In this document: positions 21,648 through 30,758 of the stretch, piece by piece
Layout: each line of letters opens with the position of its first letter
Numbering within the stretch: the stretch's first letter is position 1
Assembly: GCA_964635895.1 (NCBI GenBank)
Contig: CAZWQN010000001.1
Coordinates: forward strand, 1-53,081
Origin: an uncultured Thermotogae bacterium
Lineage (GTDB): Bacteria > Bipolaricaulota > Bipolaricaulia > UBA7950 > UBA9294
DNA: 53,081 nt
Direction: 5' to 3'
Translations under genes and position numbers: made by a program
Notes under the pieces: model-generated
What the model saw: the letters and a program-made list of their open reading frames with translations, nothing else
Databases searched by the model: none
What the model was told of the DNA's origin: nothing

Positions 21648-21693
21648 ATCGTGCCGCGGCGCGGCGGGGCCGTCAGATCGTGCCGCGGCGCGG
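21648..21693. repeat. 17-nt direct repeat ATCGTGCCGCGGCGCGG x2 (29-bp period) in a convergent intergenic region
   Basis: Exact copies at 21648-21664 and 21677-21693. Confidence 0.8.
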
Positions 21694-21719
21694 TCACACC
21701 ATTCTGTGGCGCGGCCTTC

Positions 21720-23012
21720 TCAGAGGTTGCCTCGCACGAGATCGAGCAGCCGGCCGAGAACGCGTTCGCCGTCCAAGCGAAGTCCGTTGTGCTCGTACTC
21801 GCTCGTCACCCACGTCTTCATCCCTCGGATCGCCGCGGCGGTCTCTTCGGAGAAGGCCCGCTCCACGTACATATCGTGCACGTAGATCGCGGCGGCGCAG
21901 GGAACCTCGTTCCTCGCCAAGGCCGCCCGGTCGTACAACGCCGGCCAGTCCGATCTCTCGGCCAGAAGGTGGGCCGCCGCGCGCAGCGGGCGAAGCTCTC
22001 TGTACTCGTCGAACATCCACGGATAGACCATCTCTCCGGTGAAGAGGAGCCGGCCCGGCGGCGCGGCGTCGAACTCCGAGTGCTCGGTGCGGATCCGTTC
22101 CGCCGCCCAGCGCGTCGCGCTCCCCTGCGCGTACAGCGGCTCGTGGAGGATCGCATAGATCGGGTTCGTCTGGAACGAGAACGCCTGGTCGAAGTGCGCG
22201 AGGAACGCGAAGCCGAGATCCGCGGCGTCGTCCCCGCCGGGAAACGCCTCCTCGAGCAGGTAGTGGACGTGCTCGAATCCGTCGCTCGCCCCGAACCGGA
22301 TCCCGAGTTGCTGGAAGCGGCGAATGGTCAGGCGATCCCCGTCTGCAAGCCGAACGTCGCCCGCTGCGAGGCGGTCGGCAATTCGCCGCGCCACCGCCTC
22401 GTCCTCTGGGTACCGCGCGTAGTAGAGGCCGTTCTTCTCCAAGAGGGTGCGGTACGTCGCTCGATAGACGTCGTCCGCGGTCCGGTCAATCGGCGGCAGC
22501 CCTCCCGTGAACAGCGCGGCCGCGAGACCCTCAGGGGCTGCAGAGAGGTACCGCAGGGCGCAGAATCCTCCGTAGCTTTGGCCAAGGACGGTCCACGTCC
22601 GGTCCGTTCCGAGAAGCTCGCGCCGAATCTCCTCGGCGTCGGCGACGATCGAGTCGGCGCGGAAATGCGCGAGGTACTCGGCCTGGGCCCGCGCGTTCGG
22701 GAGACGAGAGAGCAGGAACGTGGTGACCGGCGAACTGCGGCCTGTGCCGCGCTGGTCCAGGAGGAGAACCCGGTAGTCGACGAGCGCCCGCTTCAGCCAC
22801 CCCGAGAGCGCGTCCGGGCGGGGCGCCGGGAAGCCGGGACCTCCCTGGAGGAACACCAGCCACGGAAGCTCGGCCGCCTCCTTCTCCGCGGCGACGACCT
22901 CGCGGGCGAAGACAGAGATCCTCTCGTCGTGAGGCCTTCCGTGATCAAGCGGTACGAGAAAGCGGTGGTCGGTCAGCACGAGACCCGGCAGGCGGTGAAC
23001 AGCGAGCTTCAT
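21720..23012 (-). CDS. Prolyl aminopeptidase / alpha-beta hydrolase (S33 family)
   Basis: LQGGPGFP, LLDQRGTGRS, nucleophile elbow GQSYGG. RBS AAGGAG. Confidence 0.88.
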   Translation of the reverse strand: MKLAVHRLPGLVLTDHRFLVPLDHGRPHDERISVFAREVVAAEKEAAELPWLVFLQGGPGFPAPRPDALSGWLKRALVDYRVLLLDQRGTGRSSPVTTFLLSRLPNARAQAEYLAHFRADSIVADAEEIRRELLGTDRTWTVLGQSYGGFCALRYLSAAPEGLAAALFTGGLPPIDRTADDVYRATYRTLLEKNGLYYARYPEDEAVARRIADRLAAGDVRLADGDRLTIRRFQQLGIRFGASDGFEHVHYLLEEAFPGGDDAADLGFAFLAHFDQAFSFQTNPIYAILHEPLYAQGSATRWAAERIRTEHSEFDAAPPGRLLFTGEMVYPWMFDEYRELRPLRAAAHLLAERSDWPALYDRAALARNEVPCAAAIYVHDMYVERAFSEETAAAIRGMKTWVTSEYEHNGLRLDGERVLGRLLDLVRGNL

Positions 23013-23092
23013 GGACGGCTCCTTTCCTAGAGAAGACGAGAGGATACAGCCACGGCTGAACCCGCGCTCAGACTCACCCGTCGGCCGCGCCG

Positions 23093-24403
23093 CTATCCCG
23101 GGAGCTTAAGGTCGGCCGGCCCGTAGGTTTGCACGAGATACTCCGGGCCCGGGAGCGTCGCGCTGAAGAACACGTGGAGCTCGTACGGCGAGTTGTCGAG
23201 CCGCTTCCCGGGCACGACGTCCACCGTGTACGTTCCCGGCGGAACCTCATGCCAGCCGCTGTAGATCGGCCCCGACACGCCGAGCTTCGCGGCCACGCGC
23301 TGACCGCCGGCGTCATAAACGTAGGCTGTAATCCAGTCCCCGGCTTGATCGATCAGCGCGAGCGCGATGAAACCGGCCGTGCCGAGGGTGAAGGTGTGCG
23401 TGTCCTTGTCGCACAGCCCCATGTTGAAGTCGTAGTCGCTGGGGCAATCGCGATCGATGGCCCCCCATGCCGAGAGCACGATGCCCCCGCCGTAGATGGA
23501 CCATCCCCAGGAGGGCGCGGGGCCCGGAGCCCCGCTCGGCGTGGAAAAAGGCGGAGACACGGTGCTCGTCGTCCCCGAATCGTCGGATGAGGCATCCGTC
23601 GTGAGCACGATTCGGTACGACCCGATGGTGGCGTCGTCGCCGTACGCACGTACGGTCGCATAGTAGTGTCCCGCGGCCAGCGAGCCCGCCATCCGGCTCG
23701 CCTTCGCGTCGCCCCCATCGTCGTCCTCGGCAAGCAGCCGCCCCGCCTCGTCGTACAGCCGCAGCACGGTGTCCCCGTCTGTCTCTGTTTCGAGGACCAC
23801 CCTCGACGCCGACGTCAACGCGAACGAGTACACATCGATGTCGCCTGCCGGAGTCACCGTGCCCGAGCGGCACGCCGTACCGCGCGGCGCGGACAGGACG
23901 TCGGCCCGCGATGCGGTGTCGTTCGGCTCTTCTTCCCAAGGGCACTCGGCACCCGCCGCAGCCGACGTCGCCGCGCTTGCCTGAACCCACACCTCGTACG
24001 ACGACACCGTGTTCGAGCCGTAGGCAGAGACGATCAGCACGTACAGCCCAGGTTCCAGAACGCCCTCCAACCGGCTGGCGCGCCCCTCTCCCGCATCGTC
24101 ATCCTCGCCGAGAAGCCCCGCGCCGCTTTCGTACACGGACAGGAGGGTGTCTCCCTGCGTGCGCGTCTCAGCCACTGCCGACACCCGCTCCGTAACCTCG
24201 AACCAGTACACGTCGACATCCCCTGCCGGGAAGATCATCCCGCTCCGACAGCCGGTCCCGGGATAGGTTCCGAGTCCGTCCGCCGTCGCTTCCGTGTCGT
24301 TCGATTCCACTTCGGGTCGGCACTGCGCGCTGCCCAGGAGCACGACGACCCCAATGAGGCAGGCCACCACCAGCAGGAAGACGATGAGCCGCACGCCCGT
24401 CAT
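23093..24403 (-). CDS. Membrane-anchored protein with three pre-peptidase C-terminal (PPC)-like repeats and no protease domain
   Basis: ATG 24403 with GAGGAGGG RBS and an N-terminal TM helix. Two clear PPC units (E.ESNDT..A..L...GD.DVYWF and EEEPNDT..A..L...GDIDVYSF...GHYYATVRAYG) plus a degenerate third. Confidence 0.8.
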   Translation of the reverse strand: MTGVRLIVFLLVVACLIGVVVLLGSAQCRPEVESNDTEATADGLGTYPGTGCRSGMIFPAGDVDVYWFEVTERVSAVAETRTQGDTLLSVYESGAGLLGEDDDAGEGRASRLEGVLEPGLYVLIVSAYGSNTVSSYEVWVQASAATSAAAGAECPWEEEPNDTASRADVLSAPRGTACRSGTVTPAGDIDVYSFALTSASRVVLETETDGDTVLRLYDEAGRLLAEDDDGGDAKASRMAGSLAAGHYYATVRAYGDDATIGSYRIVLTTDASSDDSGTTSTVSPPFSTPSGAPGPAPSWGWSIYGGGIVLSAWGAIDRDCPSDYDFNMGLCDKDTHTFTLGTAGFIALALIDQAGDWITAYVYDAGGQRVAAKLGVSGPIYSGWHEVPPGTYTVDVVPGKRLDNSPYELHVFFSATLPGPEYLVQTYGPADLKLPG

Positions 24404-24453
24404 GTCATCCCTCCTCGCGTCGCTAAGGACCGCTCTGCCGGCCCACGCTGATC

Positions 24454-25233
24454 CTAGCCGCGGTTCGTGGCGCGAGGCAACCGCCGTCGCATGGCGGCCG
24501 CCGCCCGCCGGACGCCGCCGAGATGGTCCCACGCATGCTCCGCTTCCCTGCGGCAGGTCTTCGCGTGCGTCCACGGCTCGGACGGGTCGTAGGTCGGGAA
24601 CCGCGTCGGCACGTACACCCGCACACGGGCCTTGCCGGAGATGCCTACGAGATAGGCCCGCGCATCGGCGAGCAGTCGAACACAACGGTCGAGAGGCGCC
24701 TCTGCGGGATCCTCCTCGGGTTCGGGCAGCTTGTCGTCGATCCGCGACGCGTACCACCAGATGCAGTTGCCGACGTGGGTGAACGCGTCGTCGATCGAGC
24801 GTCCGCCCGTCCGGCGACCGCGGGTCCTTTCTTCCTGAGACAGCCCGGCGACCGCCTCCGCCATGTCCGAGAGCGCGGCGGCAACCACGTCCAGGTGAGC
24901 CATGACTTCACGGTTGGAGAGCGGCCGACGATCGACCGAGAACAGGGCGGCCGCGTTTCCCGAGATCCAGACCGGAGCTCCGGGCACCGCCTCGACCTCT
25001 CGCCAGCTCGCTTCGCGAAGCTCCGCCGCGGCACGAGGCGCCGCCGCGAGGCCGTGCGACGCGGCCCACCGCGCGTAGGCAGAGAGGTCGGCGCGAAGGC
25101 GACGGTCGCGCGACGCCCCGCGCCCGACCTTCACCGAGAAGCCAGGCAGGCTCGGCGCGTGGACGAGCTCGTCACCGTCTGCAGCCACCTCGACGTAGAG
25201 TTCGAGAGAGCGCTCGCCCTTCCTCTCCGGCAC
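24454..25233 (-). CDS. Hypothetical protein, possibly a HicB-like N-terminal fold plus a DinB-like helical domain
   Basis: GTG start with GAGGAGGGAGG RBS, 24 bp downstream of the ABC permease. The domain assignment is only a weak impression. Confidence 0.6.
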   Translation of the reverse strand: MPERKGERSLELYVEVAADGDELVHAPSLPGFSVKVGRGASRDRRLRADLSAYARWAASHGLAAAPRAAAELREASWREVEAVPGAPVWISGNAAALFSVDRRPLSNREVMAHLDVVAAALSDMAEAVAGLSQEERTRGRRTGGRSIDDAFTHVGNCIWWYASRIDDKLPEPEEDPAEAPLDRCVRLLADARAYLVGISGKARVRVYVPTRFPTYDPSEPWTHAKTCRREAEHAWDHLGGVRRAAAAMRRRLPRATNRG

Positions 25234-25257
25234 GCCGGCCTCCCTCCTCGTCTCGGT

Positions 25258-26118
25258 CTAGTACATCGTCTGCATGTCGAGAAGCCCCCGCGCCCGTGCC
25301 CGTCGCTCGGCGATCCGAAACACGACGACGGCGAGTCCCGCGAGGACGATGGTCGAGCCGACGATGACGGCGAGGAGCACCCCGTTGGAGAGCCCCTCGA
25401 ACGCCGGCGTCCTCGTGCCCAAGAGCGCCCTCCGGAACGCCTCGATCCAGTAGGTGATCGGGATGGCGCGCCCGACGATCCCGAGCCACGACGGCAGCGT
25501 GTCGAGCGGAAACACGACCCCGCACAGGAGGTAGAGGCCGCCCGCCACCGCCTCGCCGACCCCGTAGTTGTGCCGCGCCGTGACCAGGGTCACTCCGCCG
25601 AGCAGGATCCCGAAGAACGCGAGCATCACGCATCCGCACACCAGGGCGCCCGCGGCCAGCGGCCCGTCGAGGACACCCAGCCCGATCGGCACCCTGAGCG
25701 CGAACGCGCCGAGCAGCAGGGTGATCACGACGGCGACCGTCGCCACCGCCGCCTTCGCGACCCCGCGACCGACGAGGTAGGCGAACACGCTCACCGGCGC
25801 GGTGTACACGTACTTCAGCATCCCGTAGTGCTCCCGATCGTCGATGATCGTCCAACTGATCCCGGCCAGTACCGCGGGAACGTAGATGAACACCGCGTTG
25901 CCGACGAACACCCCCGGGAAGAGGGGGCTCGCGAGTCCCCCCTTCGCGATCACGGCGTACATGAAGACCAGGATCAACGCGCCCGCCAGGGGCTTCACGA
26001 GCGAGTAGATCGCGAACACGAACGGGTCGGCCCAATTCGATTCGATCTGCCATCCCAACCACGTGGCAACGCGGAAGCTCCGCACCGCTTCCTCGAGACC
26101 TCGACCGGACCGCATCAT
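25258..26118 (-). CDS. ABC-2 type transporter permease
   Basis: Six TM helices. ATG 26118 overlaps the upstream stop (ATGA). Confidence 0.82.
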   Translation of the reverse strand: MMRSGRGLEEAVRSFRVATWLGWQIESNWADPFVFAIYSLVKPLAGALILVFMYAVIAKGGLASPLFPGVFVGNAVFIYVPAVLAGISWTIIDDREHYGMLKYVYTAPVSVFAYLVGRGVAKAAVATVAVVITLLLGAFALRVPIGLGVLDGPLAAGALVCGCVMLAFFGILLGGVTLVTARHNYGVGEAVAGGLYLLCGVVFPLDTLPSWLGIVGRAIPITYWIEAFRRALLGTRTPAFEGLSNGVLLAVIVGSTIVLAGLAVVVFRIAERRARARGLLDMQTMY

Positions 26119-26942
26119 TGCCCCCTGACCGTGAGCCGCCCCTCGCGCCGCGCCAGCTTCTCGAAGTACGAGAGCGCGCGATGCGCGAGGAACAGAAAGA
26201 GGACCGAGGCTCCCACGAGGATCGCGAGTTCCACCTCGGCGGACAAGAACCGCAGGCTCGTCATCATCGATGGGAACAGGAGCTGTCGCATCGCGTCGAG
26301 GCCGAGCGTGATCGGCAAGACCGACGCCGCCGCGGCCACCAGCTGCCCCAGCGCCCGCACCGGGAAGTAGAACCCCGACACGAGGGACACTGGCTCCTGC
26401 AACAGGTTCGAGAAGTGCCATGCCTCGCGCCCGAAGAGAAGGAAGAGCGAGCTCAGCATCATGCCAAGCCCGTACAGAGCCACAAGGGTCGTCAGGAACA
26501 CCCCGAGGAGCACGGGGATGTTCGTGACGGTCATCGACACGCGGAACAGGAGTGCGCCGATCGTGATGATCGCCGCCGCGCGGAGCGTCGTCTGGAACAT
26601 GCCGCCGAGCGCCATGCCGAGGAGGATCGCCATCCTCGACGTCGGCGCCACCACGTACAGCTCGAGGTTCCCCGTCTCCTTCTCCCAGTACAGCTGGCTC
26701 GCCATGCTCCAGAGCACGTTCAACCAGTAGGCCGACATCGCCCCGCCGAGGACCACGAACCCGAGGAATTCAGGTGGCGCCTGGATCGCGCGGTAGATGA
26801 ACACGTAGGCGGTCACCTGGAGCAAAGGGAGGAAGATCTCGAAGAATACCCAGCTCTTCTCGCGCTGTGCTCCGATGACCCGCGGGTACGCCCGGCCGCG
26901 AACGGTTCGCCAGAACGTCGTCCACTTCGAGCGCCCGGTCAC
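26115..26942 (-). CDS. ABC-2 type transporter permease
   Basis: Six TM helices. The GTG start overlaps the ATPase stop (GTGA). Confidence 0.82.
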   Translation of the reverse strand: MTGRSKWTTFWRTVRGRAYPRVIGAQREKSWVFFEIFLPLLQVTAYVFIYRAIQAPPEFLGFVVLGGAMSAYWLNVLWSMASQLYWEKETGNLELYVVAPTSRMAILLGMALGGMFQTTLRAAAIITIGALLFRVSMTVTNIPVLLGVFLTTLVALYGLGMMLSSLFLLFGREAWHFSNLLQEPVSLVSGFYFPVRALGQLVAAAASVLPITLGLDAMRQLLFPSMMTSLRFLSAEVELAILVGASVLFLFLAHRALSYFEKLARREGRLTVRGQ

Positions 26943-27952
26943 GCCGCACCTCCTCCGTTCGGCTCCTCGAATCCGTGACCGACCACCTCGAGGAACACGT
27001 CCTCCAGGGTCGGCTCTCGCTTCTCCAGCGACACGAGCGCCCCGCCGCCTGCCTCCACCGCGGCGAGGAGGCTCGTCAGCGCGGCGTCGCTCGCCAGGAT
27101 GACGTCGGCCTCCAGGTGATCGTCGTGCGCCCTCTGAGCGAATCGGCTCACCCCGGGAAGCGGCTCCACCGCCGCGCGGACGTCATCGACGCCACCGATT
27201 CGGAGTCGGACGATCGCTTCGCGCTTCAGGCCGCGCTTCAGGTTGGCCGGCGCGTCGCACGCCAGGATCCGCCCCCGATCGATGATCGCCACGCGGGCGC
27301 ACAGCTCGTCCGCCTCGTGCATCGCGTGGGTCGTCAGGAGAATCGTCCGGTCGGGGTGCTCCAGGAGCCAGTTCGAGACGAAGCCCCGCAGGGTGCGCGC
27401 CGTCTGCACATCCAGACCGAGCGTCGGTTCGTCGAGGAACAAGATCTCGGGCTCGGTCAGGAAGCCGCGTACGAAGTTCATCTTCTGCCTCATCCCGGTC
27501 GACAGGTGGTAGATCTTCGTCCGAGAGCGATCGCTCAACCCGACAACCGCCAGCAGCTCCCGGATTCGCGCGCGAGCCGTCCGGGTCTCCATCCCGTAGA
27601 ATTGGGAGAACATCCACAGGTTCTCCTCCACCGTGAGGAGTCCGTAGCCCGACGTCTCGCCACCCGACACCATGCCGATGTGCTCGCGCACCCCCTTGGG
27701 GTCGGCGGCGACGTCGACGCCGGCCACCCACGCCCGGCCCGACGTGGGGGTCAGCAGGGTGGCCAGGATCTTGATCGTCGTGGTCTTTCCGGCGCCGTTC
27801 GGGCCGAGCACCCCGAACAGCTCGCCGCGAGGGACCGCGAAGCTGATCCCGTCGAGCGCGACAACCTCCCGCTTCTGCTTCTTCGCTTCCCGCTTCCGCG
27901 CCCGAAACACCCGGCGCAGGTCCTCCGTACGAATCGCAATCTCACTGGACAT
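26939..27952 (-). CDS. ABC transporter ATP-binding protein (DrrA-like)
   Basis: Walker A GPNGAGKTTT, signature LSTGMRQK, Walker B LFLDEPT. ATG 27952 with AAGGAG RBS. Confidence 0.92.
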   Translation of the reverse strand: MSSEIAIRTEDLRRVFRARKREAKKQKREVVALDGISFAVPRGELFGVLGPNGAGKTTTIKILATLLTPTSGRAWVAGVDVAADPKGVREHIGMVSGGETSGYGLLTVEENLWMFSQFYGMETRTARARIRELLAVVGLSDRSRTKIYHLSTGMRQKMNFVRGFLTEPEILFLDEPTLGLDVQTARTLRGFVSNWLLEHPDRTILLTTHAMHEADELCARVAIIDRGRILACDAPANLKRGLKREAIVRLRIGGVDDVRAAVEPLPGVSRFAQRAHDDHLEADVILASDAALTSLLAAVEAGGGALVSLEKREPTLEDVFLEVVGHGFEEPNGGGAA

Positions 27953-27988
27953 ATCCAAGACTCCTTGCGTTCTATCATGAAGGCGCCC

Positions 27989-28009
27989 GCCTGTCGCGAA
28001 GCGACAGGC
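27989..28009 (-). terminator. Hairpin downstream of the DOMON-like gene, a weak terminator candidate
   Basis: Perfect 9-bp stem GCCTGTCGC-GAA-GCGACAGGC with no clear U-tract. Confidence 0.35.
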
Positions 28010-28128
28010 ACGCGCTCTCTCGTCGTCGGGGTTCCCGGCCGCGTCACGCGACGCCGGAACGTCCACGCGTCATCCGGTGAGTGGACGAACCGATCTCCTT
28101 GGATTCGACTCGGCCCTCTGCGCCGCGG

Positions 28129-28839
28129 CTACGGCGCCGGGTCGAGCGTGATCTCCCCGGTCCCGCGCCGGGTATGGCGCATGGAGAAGTCGTCGGAGAG
28201 GTCGTTGTAGGCGACGAGGATGGGATACGTTCCCCCGGGCACCAGCCTCTTGTCCGTCGAGTCGCCCGAGTCGAGCGGAATCACGAACTCGACCACCGTC
28301 TGGTCCGCCCACTGGTGCCCGGCGGAGGACATCACGTGGTCCGCCCCCCCGAGCTTCGTATCCGCGTCGTGGCCGGTGGTGGAGTTGCCGTAGTCATCGC
28401 GGACCGTCACGATCCCCTCGCGGACCGATCCCAAGATGAAGTTCGCTCCAAGCATCCCGTCCACAGGGTCCAGGCCGATGGCCACGTACCCCGTTCCGGG
28501 GCTGACGAGGCCGACGCACAGGACTCGGCTGTCGTTCATCCAGTGCACCTCGACGTCAGAGACCTTTGTCGAGTGCGCATACTCGCCCTCCGAGATGACG
28601 CCCTCCACAGACGACAGGGCCGTTCGTGGCGGCGCCGCCGGCTTGGGCTCGGGACTCGGAGCCTGCGTCACCGGCGCCGCCGTGCTCCCCTCGACGGCCG
28701 CAGGCACCTGGGGTGCCTCCGCCGCCGGCGTCGTCTCCGTCACCGCCGACTCTCCCGCCGGCCACTGCGTCAACACGAGCCAAGTCGCGAACCCCGCTGC
28801 AAGAGCCACGCCAAGAACAACCAAGATCCACTTGCTCAC
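28129..28839 (-). CDS. Membrane-anchored DOMON-like (EB_dh/haem-binding-like) domain protein, paralog 1
   Basis: GTG 28839 with GGAGGGGG RBS (alternative ATG 28869). N-terminal TM helix, Pro/Ala/Thr linker, C-terminal domain GEYAHST...HW.ND...GYVAIG.DP...M.GANF. About half of the residues are identical to CDS 31555-32394 by eye. Confidence 0.75.
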   Translation of the reverse strand: MSKWILVVLGVALAAGFATWLVLTQWPAGESAVTETTPAAEAPQVPAAVEGSTAAPVTQAPSPEPKPAAPPRTALSSVEGVISEGEYAHSTKVSDVEVHWMNDSRVLCVGLVSPGTGYVAIGLDPVDGMLGANFILGSVREGIVTVRDDYGNSTTGHDADTKLGGADHVMSSAGHQWADQTVVEFVIPLDSGDSTDKRLVPGGTYPILVAYNDLSDDFSMRHTRRGTGEITLDPAP

Positions 28840-29212
28840 GAGAACCCCCTCCTGCCCCCGCGAGGGCATGCGACGTGTCCATGCACTCTACTGCGGAAGG
28901 TAACGCAAGCCAAGCGCCCGTCAGGCGGGTTTCGACGCCCTTCCTGCCGAACGCGCGACTCCCGCGAAAGTGACGCACATCACAAATGAGGACGCTCGGG
29001 ATTCTTCGCGCTTGTCATCCTTCGGCTTCGTTCCGTTTCGCCCCGACGCCGTCGAGCCCGTCGTCGCGCCGGCAGAAGTGAGCCATTCGCCCCGGGATGA
29101 GCGGATGCCGCGACGGCGTCCTTGCGGGCGCCGATCCCGTTAACCGCCCGCCGAACGAGCCGCCGGCAAGGCTTCACGCGATGACTCCGGAAGAGGGGGC
29201 CCGCGTTTGGCC

Positions 29213-30349
29213 CTACGGAGCCGCGGCGAAGCGGAGCTCGCCTGGGCAGAGATCGAGAAGCTGCGCGGACTGGGTCTTCCATCCCGCCGACCACACCAGC
29301 TCCTGGACCCGTGGCGCGACGTAGGCGTAGCACTCCTCGGCCGAGGTCATCCCATCCCCATCTCCTTGGGCGTCGGCGAGACCGTCGAGCGCCTCAAGCA
29401 GGGCGTAGGTGAACGCGCCGTGTCCAAGCGCGTTAAGTTCCCACGAGTACTCGTCGTACCGACACGCCGCGACCGCGACGATCGACTTGACGAGCTGATC
29501 CAGGTCGCGCGTCCGCGGCTCCGCCAGCCGCGCGAGGTCGTCGAGGAAGTCGCCCGGCTCCGCGTCGGGGTGCGCGCCCAACGAGTTCAGTTGGCCGCCG
29601 GAGTAACAGGCGTCGATCATCACCACGATGCGACTCATCGGAACTTGCGACAGAAGTGCCTGCAACGTGTCGTCGCGGAAGTACGTCTGATCGTAGAGGC
29701 ACAGGCACTCGTCCTGCAGGTCGGCCTCCTCGAAGGCGTCGTCATCCCACGCCTTCGTCCCGTGGCCGGAGAAGAAGAAGAAGAGCGTGTCCCAAGCGCT
29801 CGCATCGTCCAACGCATCCACCGCGGCCGCGAGATTCGCCGCCGTCGCGTTCCCGTTGACGAGCAGCGTCACGTTGGCGGGATTCCACCCGCCTGTCTGC
29901 CGCAACCACGCCGCGACCGACTGAGCGTCGTCGTCCGTGAACGAGAGCGCGGGGAGCTGCGGATCCGCGTACGCTGCGATCCCCACGACGATCGCGTAGC
30001 TCGCTCCCTGATGGGCAACGACCTGCCCGGTCGTCTCGCTCTTCTCGCCGCTGTTGTCCGTCACCGCCAACGTCACAGAGAACGTTCCGGCCGTGGTGTA
30101 CGTGTGGGTCGGCGTCGGCCCCCACGCCGTCTCCCCGTCGCCGAAGCGCCACGAGTAGGAGGAGACGTAGCCGTCCGGATCGTACGAACCCGTCGCATCG
30201 AAGCTGACGTAGAGCGGCGCCCCGCCCTCCGTTGGCGCCGCGGTGAATCGCGCCACGGGAAGCTGATTCTCGAACAGGAAGCACCCTCCCAGAAAGAGGG
30301 CGCACCCAAGGCATAACCCCAAGACAGCGATCCGTCTACCGCTTCTCAT
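29213..30349 (-). CDS. Lipoprotein with an N-terminal PKD domain and a C-terminal caspase-like (peptidase C14) domain
   Basis: RBS GAGGTGA. Lipobox LGGC. PKD unit (VSFDATGSYDPDG..SYSWRFGDG...HTYTTAGTFSVTLAVTDNSG). Caspase His motif FFFFSGHG and Cys motif VMIDACYSGG. Confidence 0.88.
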   Translation of the reverse strand: MRSGRRIAVLGLCLGCALFLGGCFLFENQLPVARFTAAPTEGGAPLYVSFDATGSYDPDGYVSSYSWRFGDGETAWGPTPTHTYTTAGTFSVTLAVTDNSGEKSETTGQVVAHQGASYAIVVGIAAYADPQLPALSFTDDDAQSVAAWLRQTGGWNPANVTLLVNGNATAANLAAAVDALDDASAWDTLFFFFSGHGTKAWDDDAFEEADLQDECLCLYDQTYFRDDTLQALLSQVPMSRIVVMIDACYSGGQLNSLGAHPDAEPGDFLDDLARLAEPRTRDLDQLVKSIVAVAACRYDEYSWELNALGHGAFTYALLEALDGLADAQGDGDGMTSAEECYAYVAPRVQELVWSAGWKTQSAQLLDLCPGELRFAAAP

Positions 30350-30758
30350 CGCTTCACCTCTCGCGTTCTTCTACACCATGGGCCGCCGCCCTCCTCGCCC
30401 GAGGATCGTATCCCCAGGGGATCCACGGGCCAACCCAGCCCATCACCTCTTCGTCCCGTCCCGTCGCGGGGACGGCACGTTCCAGCATGACGCCGGGCCG
30501 GCATCGGCAGAAGCAGCAGCCACAGCCTTGTTCAGCCGCCTTCCTCGCGCCTGGACTCGGGGCTACCACTCTGCCCCACGGGAGGGTAAACTGGTATGGT
30601 TCACCGCGGAGACCGCGCCCTTAGGGAGGCTTGGCGTGGTGCCGCCAAATGAGGGCCAGCTAAGCGGGCGCTCTACCTACCCGCGATCCTGGTGGGCGTT
30701 TCGTGAAGGTGTATTTCGAAGTGGGAGCGCAAGGAGCTCCGACGAAAAGGGAGTCGAT

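Noticed and set aside
20234-26370. ORFs 20234-21565 (-), 21651-23030 (+) and 24523-26370 (+)
   Set aside because: Each overlaps better-supported genes on the opposite strand (the secreted protein, prolyl aminopeptidase and ABC-2 permeases), and none shows a domain signature.
28980-29333. 117-aa ORF in the gap between the DOMON-like and caspase genes
   Set aside because: It is Arg/Pro/Ala-rich, has no RBS and overlaps the caspase 3' end. The gap more likely holds the DOMON-like gene promoter.
30570-30758. c-di-GMP or other known riboswitch in the long leader
   Set aside because: I could not find the conserved GEMM-type or other riboswitch core sequences by eye. It is kept only as an unclassified candidate in the findings.
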